This document shows positions 49,513 through 59,619 of a DNA stretch of 64,000 bases, piece after piece; the first letter of the stretch is position 1, and each line of letters opens with the position of its first letter. The stretch is from assembly GCA_964392775.1 (NCBI GenBank), contig CAYMRD010000007.1, positions 67,516 to 131,515 on the forward strand, written 5' to 3'. The DNA is from an uncultured Bifidobacteriaceae bacterium (GTDB lineage: Bacteria; Bacteroidota; Bacteroidia; UKL13-3). Under the pieces are notes generated by a model that did no database searches, was not told the DNA's origin, and was given only the letters and a program-made list of their open reading frames with translations. The translations under genes and the position numbers were made by a program.

Positions 49513-52362
49513 TTAATGTGCCTCAAGCCAGTTTTGTCCGGTACCTACTTCAGCTCTAATCGGAACGTCTAGCGTAAGGGCTTGCTCCATTTGGGCTTGC
49601 ACCAACTTCGTCATTGAGTCTACTTCCGATACATGCACATCAAACAATAACTCATCATGCACCTGCAAAATCAGTTTCGATTTCCGGATTTCGGATTTCG
49701 GATTTTTCATCGCATCGGCAATATGAATCATTGCAACCTTAATCATATCGGCTGCGCTGCCTTGTATGGGTGCGTTGATGGCATTTCGTTCGGCAAACCC
49801 GCGCACGGTAAAGTTCTTCGAATTGATATCGCGCAGGTACCGTCTGCGGCCCAAAATGGTTTCTACATATCCATGCTCCTGCGCAAAATGAATGGTGTTG
49901 CTCATGTATTGTTTGATGCCCGGATACTGTTTAAAGTATTCGTCAATCATGGCTGCTGCTTCCTTGCGGGGTATGCCCAAACTCTGTGACAGGCCAAAGG
50001 CCGATTGTCCGTAGATGATTCCGAAGTTTACAGCCTTGGCGTTTCTGCGTTGTTCAGGTGTTACCTCCTCAATCGAAATATTGTATACACGCGCAGCGGT
50101 AGCGGTATGGATGTCGATGTTTTGGCGAAAGGCTTCAATCATGTTTTCCTCTTTGGCCATTGATGCAATCACACGCAATTCAATCTGCGAATAATCGGCA
50201 CTCATCAATACATACTCTTCGTTGCGCGGCACAAAGGCTTTGCGGATCTCACGTCCTTTATCGGTACGAATCGGGATATTCTGCAAATTCGGATCGGTGG
50301 ATGATAAGCGTCCGGTAGCGGCTACCGCCTGATTAAAGGAGGTGTGAACGCGTCCGGTTTTAGGATGCACCAACTGAGGCAAAGCATCAACATAAGTCGA
50401 TTTTAATTTTTGCAGTTGGCGTACATCCAAAATGCAACGTGCAATTTCATGTTCACTCAATCCTTGTAAAATATCTTCACCGGTTTGGTACTGTCCTGTT
50501 TTGGTTTTTTTTGCTTTAGGGTCCAGTTTCAGGTGGTCGAATAATACTTCGCCCAGTTGTTTGGGTGAAGCAATATTGAAGGGCACTCCGGCCAACTCGT
50601 GAATGCGTTTTTCAAGCGTGCCAATTTCTTTGGCCAGCTCAACAGAGTAGTCGTTTAAAAACTGCGCGTTGATGCGAATGCCCTCGCGCTCCATTTCATT
50701 GAGTACAGCCAAAAGCGGAACCTCTACTTCATCAAACAATTTTTGCGCATTGCGTTCGGGTAACTGAGGAGCAAACAGGTTCTTAAGTTGCAAGGTGATA
50801 TCGGCATCTTCGGCAGCGTATTCCTTGATTTTTTCAACCTCCACATCGCGCATATTCAACTGGCCTTTTCCTTTTTTACCAATCAAGGTTTCGATGGAAA
50901 CAGGTTGGTAGTTTAAGTAGGTGCTCGATAAAAAATCCATACCATGACGGAGATCCGCATCAATCAGGTAATGCGCCAGCATGGTATCAAATAATTTTCC
51001 TTTCAGCTCAATACCATAGTTGAGCAGGATGCTGCGGTCAAACTTGATGTTTTGTCCAATTTTTTGAATCTGTTCGTTTTCGAATACAGGTTTAAACTCG
51101 TTCATCACTTGTTGTGCCTCTGTTTGATCGGCTGCAACCGGAACATAATAAGCGATGCCCGGTAACCATGCAAATGAAAGGCCCACCACTTCGGCTGTCA
51201 GTTCATCCAATCCCGTTGTTTCGCTATCAAAACAGAATTCAGATAATGCACTGAGTTGGTTAATCAAATCAGCACGTTGTTCTGCTGTTTCAACAAGATG
51301 ATAGATATGTGGAGTATTGTCAATATTTTTATATGGCACTGCGGGTATTTCTTCCGCTTCTGCGGTTGGAGCGACCGCTACCGGTTTGCCTAAGCCGCCT
51401 TGGTTAAACAAATCAAAAGAGCTGTTAGCTATTGGCTGTTGGCTATTAGCGGCTGACCGTTGACTACCAGCTGCTGACTCTTCTTCCACAGGCGCGAATA
51501 CCCGCTTGGCCATGGTTTTAAATTCGAGTTCGGCAAATAGTGCTTCACAGGCTTCGCGGTTGGCAGGTTCAAATATCAGCTTGTCTTCTTCAAACTCAAT
51601 CGGCACGTTGATGTCGATGGTGGCGAGACGTTTACTCAAAAATGCTTGCTCTTTATTGGCTTCAACTTTTTCTTTTTGTTTACCTTTCAGCTCATGAGTA
51701 TGTTCATACAAACCTTCCATGCTGCCGTATTTTTGCACCAGCAGCTTGGCAGTTTTTTCACCAATACCCGGAATGCCCGGAATGCCATCTACTGCATCGC
51801 CCCACATGCCTAAAATATCAATCACCTGTTTGATGTCGGTGATCTCCCATCTTTTTAAAACCTCCGGAACACCCATGATCTCATAGTCGTTGCCCAAACG
51901 TGCCGGCTTGTAAATAAAAATATGATCACTCACCAGTTGCCCGAAATCTTTGTCGGGCGTCATCATAAACACATCAAAACCTTGTTGCTCGGCTTTTTTG
52001 GCCAGGGTGCCGATAATATCATCGGCTTCATAACCCGGCTTGATTAAGATGGGAATATTCAAGGCTTCGGTGAGGCGCATGATAAAAGGCAAAGCCTTCG
52101 ATATATCTTCAGGCATCTCCTCTCGGTGGGCTTTATAGGCTTCGTATTCAATATGTCTGGCCGTAGGTTCAGCTGTATCAAATGATACACCGATATGTGT
52201 GGGTCTTTCTTTTTTGAGAATATCTAAAACGGTATTGGCATAGCCAAAGATAGCGGATGTATTAAACCCGTAAGAGGTGATGCGTGGATTTTGGCTAAAG
52301 GCAAAATAGGCGCGATACACCAGGGCCATTCCATCCAGTAAAAAGAGTTTTTTGCGTGACAT
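49513..52362 (-). CDS. polA: DNA polymerase I.
   Basis: 5'-nuclease, 3'-5' exonuclease and polymerase domains are all present, including RRNAKAVNFGIIYG and QVHDELLFDV. Start placed at MSRKKLFLLDG; an alternative ATG lies at 52401. Confidence 0.95.
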   Translation of the reverse strand: MSRKKLFLLDGMALVYRAYFAFSQNPRITSYGFNTSAIFGYANTVLDILKKERPTHIGVSFDTAEPTARHIEYEAYKAHREEMPEDISKALPFIMRLTEALNIPILIKPGYEADDIIGTLAKKAEQQGFDVFMMTPDKDFGQLVSDHIFIYKPARLGNDYEIMGVPEVLKRWEITDIKQVIDILGMWGDAVDGIPGIPGIGEKTAKLLVQKYGSMEGLYEHTHELKGKQKEKVEANKEQAFLSKRLATIDINVPIEFEEDKLIFEPANREACEALFAELEFKTMAKRVFAPVEEESAAGSQRSAANSQQPIANSSFDLFNQGGLGKPVAVAPTAEAEEIPAVPYKNIDNTPHIYHLVETAEQRADLINQLSALSEFCFDSETTGLDELTAEVVGLSFAWLPGIAYYVPVAADQTEAQQVMNEFKPVFENEQIQKIGQNIKFDRSILLNYGIELKGKLFDTMLAHYLIDADLRHGMDFLSSTYLNYQPVSIETLIGKKGKGQLNMRDVEVEKIKEYAAEDADITLQLKNLFAPQLPERNAQKLFDEVEVPLLAVLNEMEREGIRINAQFLNDYSVELAKEIGTLEKRIHELAGVPFNIASPKQLGEVLFDHLKLDPKAKKTKTGQYQTGEDILQGLSEHEIARCILDVRQLQKLKSTYVDALPQLVHPKTGRVHTSFNQAVAATGRLSSTDPNLQNIPIRTDKGREIRKAFVPRNEEYVLMSADYSQIELRVIASMAKEENMIEAFRQNIDIHTATAARVYNISIEEVTPEQRRNAKAVNFGIIYGQSAFGLSQSLGIPRKEAAAMIDEYFKQYPGIKQYMSNTIHFAQEHGYVETILGRRRYLRDINSKNFTVRGFAERNAINAPIQGSAADMIKVAMIHIADAMKNPKSEIRKSKLILQVHDELLFDVHVSEVDSMTKLVQAQMEQALTLDVPIRAEVGTGQNWLEAH

Positions 52363-52432
52363 ACAATCGTGAGGATTCGTCCCCAAATATAAGATTGCCA
52401 CGAAGGTTTAATGCACTATTTTTTTAATGCTG

Positions 52433-53458
52433 TTAAATCAGTTTTTCGCTCAGCTTTTCAATGGCTTTGCGTACCGGAACCTGTTGGTAGATGATGCTGT
52501 ACACCGCTTCGGCAATGGGCATTTCAATATGTAACTCTTCCTGATTGAGCTCAAACATGCTTTTGGTAGCGTAGTATCCTTCGGCAATCATGTTCATTTC
52601 GAGCTGTGCCGATTGTACGGTGTATCCTTTGCCCAGCATGTTTCCAAAGGTGCGGTTGCGCGAGTGTTGCGAGTATGCTGTTACCAGTAAATCACCTAAG
52701 TAAGCCGAGTGGTTAATTTCGCGCGGGTGAGCATGCACTTTGTACAAAAAGGCTTCCATTTCGCGAATGGCATTGCTGATAAGCACGGCCTGAAAATTAT
52801 CGCCATACCCGATACCATGGCAGATCCCGCTGGCTACGGCATAAATATTTTTGAGCACGGCACCGTATTCGGTACCGGTAATATCTTCGGAGATGATGGT
52901 GCGGATATACCGGCAGGCCAGCAACGAAGCAAAATAGGTGGTGATTTCGGTATTCAGTCCGGCAATGGTGAGGTATGATAATTTTTCGGAAGCCACCTCT
53001 TCGGCATGGCAGGGGCCTGAGATTACCATCATGTTTTCATGCGGAACATCAAACTCATTCATCAGGTAGTTGGCCACAATTTGTTTGCTATGCGGCAATA
53101 AACCTTTGATGGCCGAAACGATGAATTTTCCTTTTAAGTCTTCTTTGGTCAGTCCTCTCAGTGCATCCTTTAAAAAAGCAGATGGAATGGCCAATACCAG
53201 TAACTGAGCTGATGATACCACTTCTTTGATATCACTCTTTACAGAAACCCGGTCGGGGTGAATTTCAACCGAGCTGATGTATTTAGGGTTGTGGCGATTT
53301 TGACGGATAAATTCGGCTGTTTCCTCGTTGCGAATCCACCATTGCAGGGTTTCTATGCTGCTGTTTGGAGCGGCTTTGTGTTCGCTCAACATCTTGGTAA
53401 TGGCTGTTCCCCAGCTTCCTCCGCCCAATACTGCTATATGTTTCGGTTGCATATCCAT
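52433..53458 (-). CDS. gpsA: NAD(P)H-dependent glycerol-3-phosphate dehydrogenase.
   Basis: IAVLGGGSWGTA Rossmann motif and conserved GpsA blocks. Confidence 0.9.
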   Translation of the reverse strand: MDMQPKHIAVLGGGSWGTAITKMLSEHKAAPNSSIETLQWWIRNEETAEFIRQNRHNPKYISSVEIHPDRVSVKSDIKEVVSSAQLLVLAIPSAFLKDALRGLTKEDLKGKFIVSAIKGLLPHSKQIVANYLMNEFDVPHENMMVISGPCHAEEVASEKLSYLTIAGLNTEITTYFASLLACRYIRTIISEDITGTEYGAVLKNIYAVASGICHGIGYGDNFQAVLISNAIREMEAFLYKVHAHPREINHSAYLGDLLVTAYSQHSRNRTFGNMLGKGYTVQSAQLEMNMIAEGYYATKSMFELNQEELHIEMPIAEAVYSIIYQQVPVRKAIEKLSEKLI

Positions 53459-53552
53459 GGGGTAAAAATAGGGTTTTTAGCGGTAAAACAATTGAGATTA
53501 GAAATGAAAGTATATACTAATTATATATACCTTTGAGTATTCAATTAAGATT

Positions 53553-53783
53553 ATGAAAAGCTTATCATTGAAACTGGAAGTCCAAATTTTTGAAGAAACC
53601 GAAGAGGTTACAGCAAAACTGAATCGTACCCGCAACCGATACATTAACGAGGCCGTTCACTTTTACAATTTGTTCAACAAGAAGAGATTACTCAGGAAAC
53701 AACTTGTGAAAGAATCAGCTGCGGGTATGGTTGATGCAATGGAGGTATTAAAAGAATTCGAAGCGTTAGTCGATGAAGATTAA
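53553..53783 (+). CDS. Antitoxin partner of MazF/PemK.
   Basis: 76 aa. Overlaps the downstream toxin start by 11 nt. Confidence 0.5.
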   Translation: MKSLSLKLEVQIFEETEEVTAKLNRTRNRYINEAVHFYNLFNKKRLLRKQLVKESAAGMVDAMEVLKEFEALVDED

Positions 53784-54114
53784 GCAGTTTGATATTTGGC
53801 TAGCCAATCTTTATCCAAGTCGGGGAACCGAAGCCGGAAAGGTGCGCCCGGTTGTGGTGGTTCAAACCGATTTGTTGAATGATGTACACCAATCTACTTT
53901 GGTTTGTCCCATAACAACCAATATCAATCCCGAAATAGAATTACTGCGTGTTCATTTAACGGCTGCGCAACTTGATAAGCCAAGTGATATTTTAGTTGAT
54001 CAAATCCGGGCCATTGACAACAAACGACTCTTGTCGCGCTTAGGGAGGTTAACAGCAAAACAGCAACAACAATTACAGTTTAATATTAAAGTTGTTCTGA
54101 ACTTACCGGACTAG
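53773..54114 (+). CDS. MazF/PemK-family type II toxin (mRNA interferase).
   Basis: FDIWLANLYPSRGTEAGKVRPVVVVQTD matches the PemK/MazF N-terminal signature. Confidence 0.8.
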   Translation: MKIKQFDIWLANLYPSRGTEAGKVRPVVVVQTDLLNDVHQSTLVCPITTNINPEIELLRVHLTAAQLDKPSDILVDQIRAIDNKRLLSRLGRLTAKQQQQLQFNIKVVLNLPD

Positions 54115-54116
54115 TT

Positions 54117-55481
54117 TTATTTAGCAACAGGAGCCGCTTCAAACAGTTCTTCCTTGCTCACTTTAATGACTTTATCGCCATTGCGCAGGGTGCGCGAAAC
54201 AGCACTGTACGGTCCCGACACCACTTCTTCACCATCGCTTATACCGCTGATGATATGAATGAATTTATCGTCCTGAATACCGGTGGTTACTTTACGAATG
54301 ACAAGGGTATTATCGGCTTTGCATACAAATACCACTTCCACATCTTCTTTGCTTTTTTCAGCGTTTTTGCGGAAACCTGTTTTGGTTGTTTTGGAGCTGT
54401 CGGTATCGGACTGGTTACGGGTGGTTACGGATTCAATCGGCAAAGCCAGAACCTGATACACACTTTCGGTTTGTACCTCAACCGAAGCACTCATGCCCGG
54501 ACGGAACACTGTGCGTTTATTGCCGATGGTGCGGGCCAGATCATCATACGATGAGCGCAGGATGCGAATTTTAACTATAAAATTAGTTACCTGATCGGAG
54601 GTAGTGGCCGAACTGGTGGTAGCCGAGTTGGCAATCTCCGTTACCATGCCTTTAAACTTGCGGTTGTTGTAGGCGTCCACTTCAATGGTGCAGGTATCAT
54701 CAATGCTCACCTTTACAATATCGTTTTCGTTTACATCCACACTTACCTCCATATCGTTGAGGTTGGCAATGCGCATCATTTCAGTTCCGGCCATTTGCGA
54801 AGTTCCTACTACACGCTCGCCTTTCTCAACATTCAGTTTTGAAACGATACCATTTACCGGAGCAAAAATTTCGGTACGTGTCAGGTTTTTACGGGCTTCT
54901 TTTAATCCGGCCTCTTGTGTTTTAACGGCAAACTCGGCACCTATAATGGTTTGTTTGGCCGCATCTACATCAGCTTTAGCCGAGAGGTAAGTAGATTGAG
55001 AAGTTTGAAACTCTCCATCTGAAATGAGTTTTTGATCATGCAGTTGCTTGTTGCGTTTAAACTGTTGTTCTACTTCGTTGTATTTGGCTTCGCTTTGCAG
55101 CATACGTGCTTTGGAGTTGGCCAGGCTTGCTTTCGAGCTGTTAAGGTTGGCTTCGGCCCGGTCGAGTGCCGACTGGTACAACTCCGGGTCGATGCGCGCC
55201 AGTAAAGCTCCGGCTTGCACACTATCTCCCTCTTTTACATATAGCTCAGTAATCTCACCTGATACATCCGAACTGATTTTGATTTCAACCTCAGGTTGAA
55301 TTTTGCCGTTGGCCGAAACCGTTTCGACAATCGTTTTGCGCTCCACTTTGCTCACACTTACTTTAATGCCCTCTTGCCTGCCTACCCAACCGGCTTTTTT
55401 TGCCATCACAAAAAATGCAATGAGCAGTACAGTCACGCCACCAAGTATCCATATTGTTTTATTTTTTGGGTTCATCATCAA
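54117..55481 (-). CDS. Efflux-pump periplasmic adaptor (HlyD/MFP family).
   Basis: N-terminal TM anchor, coiled-coil region and a beta-barrel domain. Confidence 0.8.
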   Translation of the reverse strand: MMMNPKNKTIWILGGVTVLLIAFFVMAKKAGWVGRQEGIKVSVSKVERKTIVETVSANGKIQPEVEIKISSDVSGEITELYVKEGDSVQAGALLARIDPELYQSALDRAEANLNSSKASLANSKARMLQSEAKYNEVEQQFKRNKQLHDQKLISDGEFQTSQSTYLSAKADVDAAKQTIIGAEFAVKTQEAGLKEARKNLTRTEIFAPVNGIVSKLNVEKGERVVGTSQMAGTEMMRIANLNDMEVSVDVNENDIVKVSIDDTCTIEVDAYNNRKFKGMVTEIANSATTSSATTSDQVTNFIVKIRILRSSYDDLARTIGNKRTVFRPGMSASVEVQTESVYQVLALPIESVTTRNQSDTDSSKTTKTGFRKNAEKSKEDVEVVFVCKADNTLVIRKVTTGIQDDKFIHIISGISDGEEVVSGPYSAVSRTLRNGDKVIKVSKEELFEAAPVAK

Positions 55482-55490
55482 TGCGTTTAG

Positions 55491-56924
55491 TTAATAAAGA
55501 GGTTTGCCTAGATAAAAGTCGAGCACTTTTTTGCGGAACAACAATTCATATTTGGATTGCACCAGCGAAGTTTCGGCTTGCAGGTATTGGTTTTTGGTCA
55601 CTATAAAATCGGCTGCACTTACAGCGCCTAAGCTAAACTGCGCTTCGGCCATCAGCATCGATTCTTTGTTGGCTTCATAGTTGTTGATGTTCGACTCGTA
55701 ACGTTTTTGGGCCGACTTAAAATCGAGGTAAGCCTGATTTACATTTTTATACAAATCAAGTTCAGCTTGTTTTTGATTGAGTTCGCTGCTTACCTGATTG
55801 ATTTTGGCTTTTTGAACGGTGTTGTTTACCTGCCAGCCATTGAAGATTGGAACCGATAAGGTAAGGCCAAAGTTCTTACCAAAATTTCTGTCCATCTGAG
55901 TGTTAAACGGAACAACTTCAGTGCTGTTGTAGCGTGGAACAGCAGAGTAATATGGAGAGGGATTCCCCATAGCATCTACACCAATTGGAATAAATTGGTA
56001 ATCGGGTGTTCCCACACCTTGCATGGCTTGTGTGGTGTAAAATGAGTTGAGTCCTCCGCTAAAGGTAAGTCGGGGGCTGCGACCTCCCAGGGCAATATTG
56101 TGGTTGATGCGGGAGGCCTCACTGCGATGTTTGGCAGCCAGCACTTCGGGGCTTTTCTTCAAAAACTGCTGGTAAATCTGTTCGGCTGATTGATTCTCGG
56201 AAGCAATATTTATCATGCTGCTGCTATCCGGTTTCGCCACCTGGTTATTGGTGTCGGGATTCATATTGAGCAATTGCCACAATGTTAAATACGACTGGTC
56301 GAGTTGGGTTTGGGCAGCAATGAGTTGTGATTCTTCGCTGGCATACTGGGCTTTGATTTGCAAATATTTGACACGGCTCACACCTCCCAGTTCATACAGC
56401 CGTTCCTGCTTGCGCAATTGCTCGGCCGTGCCGTTGAGTTGTAAAGAGCGGGCTTCCAAAATTTCACGGTTCATCAACACTTGCATGTAAGCATTGGAAA
56501 CCGACAATGCGATGCTATTCTTGGTTGCTTCCACATCGGCTTCAGAGGCTTTGGTATTGGCCGACTGTTGGCTGATGCGGTTCATGTTTTGAAGACCATT
56601 AAACAACGTCATTGAGGTGTTGAGCCCGAATGAATTGCTGCGAAAGGTAGCATCACGCGTAGCGGTATTGGTTACCGGATTGATGGCAAATCCAATATTG
56701 TAATTATTTGTAGCCGAACCGTTTAAGCTGGGCAATAGGTTGAGCTTGCTCTGCAGGTGATCCGCCTCTGCACTTTGTTTGGTTAACTCACGCTGTTTGA
56801 TGCTGATATTGTTTTTAAAAGCAAGAGATATACATTCTTCCAAACTATAGTATTTTTGTCCATAAACTTGTATGGACATCATTACGCCAAGCAAAAGTGT
56901 AAAGCAGGTGTTTAATAGGTTCAT
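55491..56924 (-). CDS. TolC-family outer-membrane efflux protein.
   Basis: Signal peptide counted from MNLLNTCFTLLL. Two TolC repeat halves with coiled-coil segments. Confidence 0.8.
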   Translation of the reverse strand: MNLLNTCFTLLLGVMMSIQVYGQKYYSLEECISLAFKNNISIKQRELTKQSAEADHLQSKLNLLPSLNGSATNNYNIGFAINPVTNTATRDATFRSNSFGLNTSMTLFNGLQNMNRISQQSANTKASEADVEATKNSIALSVSNAYMQVLMNREILEARSLQLNGTAEQLRKQERLYELGGVSRVKYLQIKAQYASEESQLIAAQTQLDQSYLTLWQLLNMNPDTNNQVAKPDSSSMINIASENQSAEQIYQQFLKKSPEVLAAKHRSEASRINHNIALGGRSPRLTFSGGLNSFYTTQAMQGVGTPDYQFIPIGVDAMGNPSPYYSAVPRYNSTEVVPFNTQMDRNFGKNFGLTLSVPIFNGWQVNNTVQKAKINQVSSELNQKQAELDLYKNVNQAYLDFKSAQKRYESNINNYEANKESMLMAEAQFSLGAVSAADFIVTKNQYLQAETSLVQSKYELLFRKKVLDFYLGKPLY

Positions 56925-56991
56925 GCAGCGTTTTTTTAGATGCGTTTCAAAAATAATGTTTAAACACACAATACCATTTTTTATTCGGTCA

Positions 56992-57573
56992 ATGACACCC
57001 ATGCTTACATGGAAGGTGAAAACCGGTGATAAAACAGTATTTTTAACGTTTGATGATGGTCCCCACCCCGAAATTACGCCCTGGGTGATGGAGCAACTCA
57101 GTCGCTATAATGCCAAAGCTACTTTTTTTTGTGTAGGCCAAAACGTGGAGCGCCATCCGGCTATTTACCGGCAAGTACTTGAAGCCGGACATCAAACAGG
57201 CAATCATACGTTTAACCATCTCAACGGATGGAGAACACCCGCGAATGAGTACTTGAATAATATTGAAAGGTGTGCTCAGGTCGTTAACAGCAAGTTGTTT
57301 CGTCCGCCTTACGGACGTATTGGCCGGAGGCAATTGCAGGCTTTACGCAAACAAGGATACCAAGTGGTGATGTGGGATGTGCTTACCTGCGATTATGAAC
57401 AAGATTTAGATACGGACAAAGCGCTCAAAAATATTTTGCGCAGCATCAAACCCGGATCAATCGTGGTGTTTCATGATAGCCTCAAAGCGCAAAAACAACT
57501 TCAAATATTATTGCCCAAGGTGCTTCAGCACCTTGCTATAAATGGTTATACTTTTAAAACTTTGTCTGCATGA
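56992..57573 (+). CDS. Polysaccharide deacetylase (NodB-homology domain).
   Basis: TFDDGP motif and the His-His metal site GHQTGNHTFNH. Start placed at the MTPMLTWK methionine. Confidence 0.8.
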   Translation: MTPMLTWKVKTGDKTVFLTFDDGPHPEITPWVMEQLSRYNAKATFFCVGQNVERHPAIYRQVLEAGHQTGNHTFNHLNGWRTPANEYLNNIERCAQVVNSKLFRPPYGRIGRRQLQALRKQGYQVVMWDVLTCDYEQDLDTDKALKNILRSIKPGSIVVFHDSLKAQKQLQILLPKVLQHLAINGYTFKTLSA

Positions 57574-58679
57574 TGACCCTTATAATGATTTGTTTAACCC
57601 TGCTGGTGGTGTATGTGGTGATGCAGGTTGTGTTGTTTGTGAGTGTGGCGGCTACCAAGCCCGATGCACATATTCCTTTGGATGAAGAAACGCTTCCGGT
57701 GGTTTCTGTATTGGTGGCGGTGCGCAACGAAGAAAAAAATATTCTCAACTGTTTGCGTGCGTTGGATGAGTTGGACTACCCTGCAAGCAAACTGCAAATC
57801 CTGATTGGCAACGACCAGTCGGACGATCAAACCAAACCTTTGGTATTGGAGTTTATTCGCAGCAAACCCAAATTTAAACTTATTGATATCAACCAGCAAC
57901 TGGGCAAGGCACAGGGCAAGGCCAATGTACTGGCACATTTGGCCAAATCCGCCAACGGTTCGGTATGGTGTATTACCGATGCCGATATTGTGGTGAACCC
58001 CGAATGGGTACGTGAGATGCTGAGGCATTTTATCAATCCCGAAATCGGAATTGTATCGGGTACAACCTTGGTATACGATAGCAGTTTGTTGGGGCAATTG
58101 CAGGGCATCGACTGGTTATATTTTATGGGCCTCATCAAAGGTTTCGACAATGCCGGAATTCCGTGTACCGCCATTGGCAATAATATGGCCATCACCCGCA
58201 AGGCTTATGAAAGCACAGGTGGATATGAGGAGATTGATTTTTCGGTAACCGAAGATTTTAAATTGTATGCTGCAGTGCGCAAGCAAGGTTGGCTTACCCG
58301 TAATATTCTTACCCGCTACAGTTTGAATGTATCGGCTCCGGTAACTAACTTTTTGCAACTGATGCACCAACGCAAACGCTGGCTTACAGGTGGGCGTGAA
58401 TTGCCTTTTTACTGGTGGCTGCTGTTTGGATTGTTGGGTTCTTTTGTGCCGGTATTGCTGGTGTTTGCTGTGTATCAGCCGGTATTGGCTTTGCAGATAT
58501 ATGGTATCAAACTGGGCATTCAATCGTTGTTTATCTTGTTGCTTCAACATAAGCTGGGCATCAGGCAAAATGTGTTTCTGGTGATTCTGTATGATTTGTA
58601 TGCAGCGGTGATGACGCTTGCCTCTGCAATATTTTTTGTGCTGCCCATTTCGATGAAGTGGAAAAAAAGGACATACTGA
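57570..58679 (+). CDS. Processive family-2 glycosyltransferase (NodC/PgaC/HasA-like) with a C-terminal TM bundle.
   Basis: DxD region CITDADIVV and the QRKRW (QxxRW) motif. C-terminal TM helices. Start overlaps the deacetylase stop (ATGA). Confidence 0.8.
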   Translation: MMTLIMICLTLLVVYVVMQVVLFVSVAATKPDAHIPLDEETLPVVSVLVAVRNEEKNILNCLRALDELDYPASKLQILIGNDQSDDQTKPLVLEFIRSKPKFKLIDINQQLGKAQGKANVLAHLAKSANGSVWCITDADIVVNPEWVREMLRHFINPEIGIVSGTTLVYDSSLLGQLQGIDWLYFMGLIKGFDNAGIPCTAIGNNMAITRKAYESTGGYEEIDFSVTEDFKLYAAVRKQGWLTRNILTRYSLNVSAPVTNFLQLMHQRKRWLTGGRELPFYWWLLFGLLGSFVPVLLVFAVYQPVLALQIYGIKLGIQSLFILLLQHKLGIRQNVFLVILYDLYAAVMTLASAIFFVLPISMKWKKRTY

Positions 58680-58721
58680 TTTGCTTTCAATTATCTGTAA
58701 ACTTGTACCAACAAAAACCGA

Positions 58722-59618
58722 ATGATGCATCCTCTTCTTCAACAAATTGAACACCGGCAAAAGCTGGCTTTGGCGCGCGCCATTAGTTTGGTGGAGAATG
58801 AACAGGAAGGATATGAAGAATTGCTTCAAGCATTACCGGCTAAACACACGCCTGTAATCGGTATCACCGGACCTCCGGGTGCGGGAAAAAGTACGCTCAT
58901 CAGCGCGCTTACAAAACATCTGGTGGAGCGTGATTACCATGTGGCCATTCTGGCTGTCGACCCCAGTTCACCGTTTAACCACGGCTCGCTGATGGGCGAC
59001 AGGGTACGCATGAGCGATCATTTTTTGCATCCCAATGTGTTTATCCGGAGCATGGCCAGCCGCGGCAGTCTGGGCGGACTTTCTCCAAAAACTTTAGAAG
59101 TAACTGATGTATTGCGGGCGGCCTGGTTTGATTTTATTTTGATTGAAACCGTGGGCGTGGGACAAAGCGAAGTGGAAATTGCTTCATTGGCCGATACAAC
59201 TATTGTAGCATTGGTACCCGAAGCAGGCGATGATATTCAAACCATTAAAAGCGGGGTGATGGAGATTGCGGATATTTTTGTGCTCAACAAAGCCGACCGC
59301 GATGGGGCCAATACGTTTTACAAAAACCTCACACTGTTGTCGCATACCCATGCCACAGCCGAATGGGAAATGCCGGTGGTAAAAACCATTGCCACCAAAA
59401 ACGAAGGACTGGATGATTTGCTCAACGCCATTCTGAAACACGGGGAATCGAATGTGCACAACAACCGCAAGGTGGTATTGCTGGCCGAAAAGGCATTGAC
59501 TCTCATCAAAAACCTTCGCACCAAAGATGTATCGTTTCAAACATTGGTGAGTGAAATTGGAAAAGAGTTGGAAAACAAAAACTTTAACCTGTATACATAC
59601 GTTTCGAAGTATAAATAA
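58722..59618 (+). CDS. MeaB/ArgK methylmalonyl-CoA-mutase-associated GTPase.
   Basis: GITGPPGAGKST P-loop and the NKADRDGA guanine-specificity motif. Confidence 0.85.
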   Translation: MMHPLLQQIEHRQKLALARAISLVENEQEGYEELLQALPAKHTPVIGITGPPGAGKSTLISALTKHLVERDYHVAILAVDPSSPFNHGSLMGDRVRMSDHFLHPNVFIRSMASRGSLGGLSPKTLEVTDVLRAAWFDFILIETVGVGQSEVEIASLADTTIVALVPEAGDDIQTIKSGVMEIADIFVLNKADRDGANTFYKNLTLLSHTHATAEWEMPVVKTIATKNEGLDDLLNAILKHGESNVHNNRKVVLLAEKALTLIKNLRTKDVSFQTLVSEIGKELENKNFNLYTYVSKYK

Positions 59619-59619
59619 T

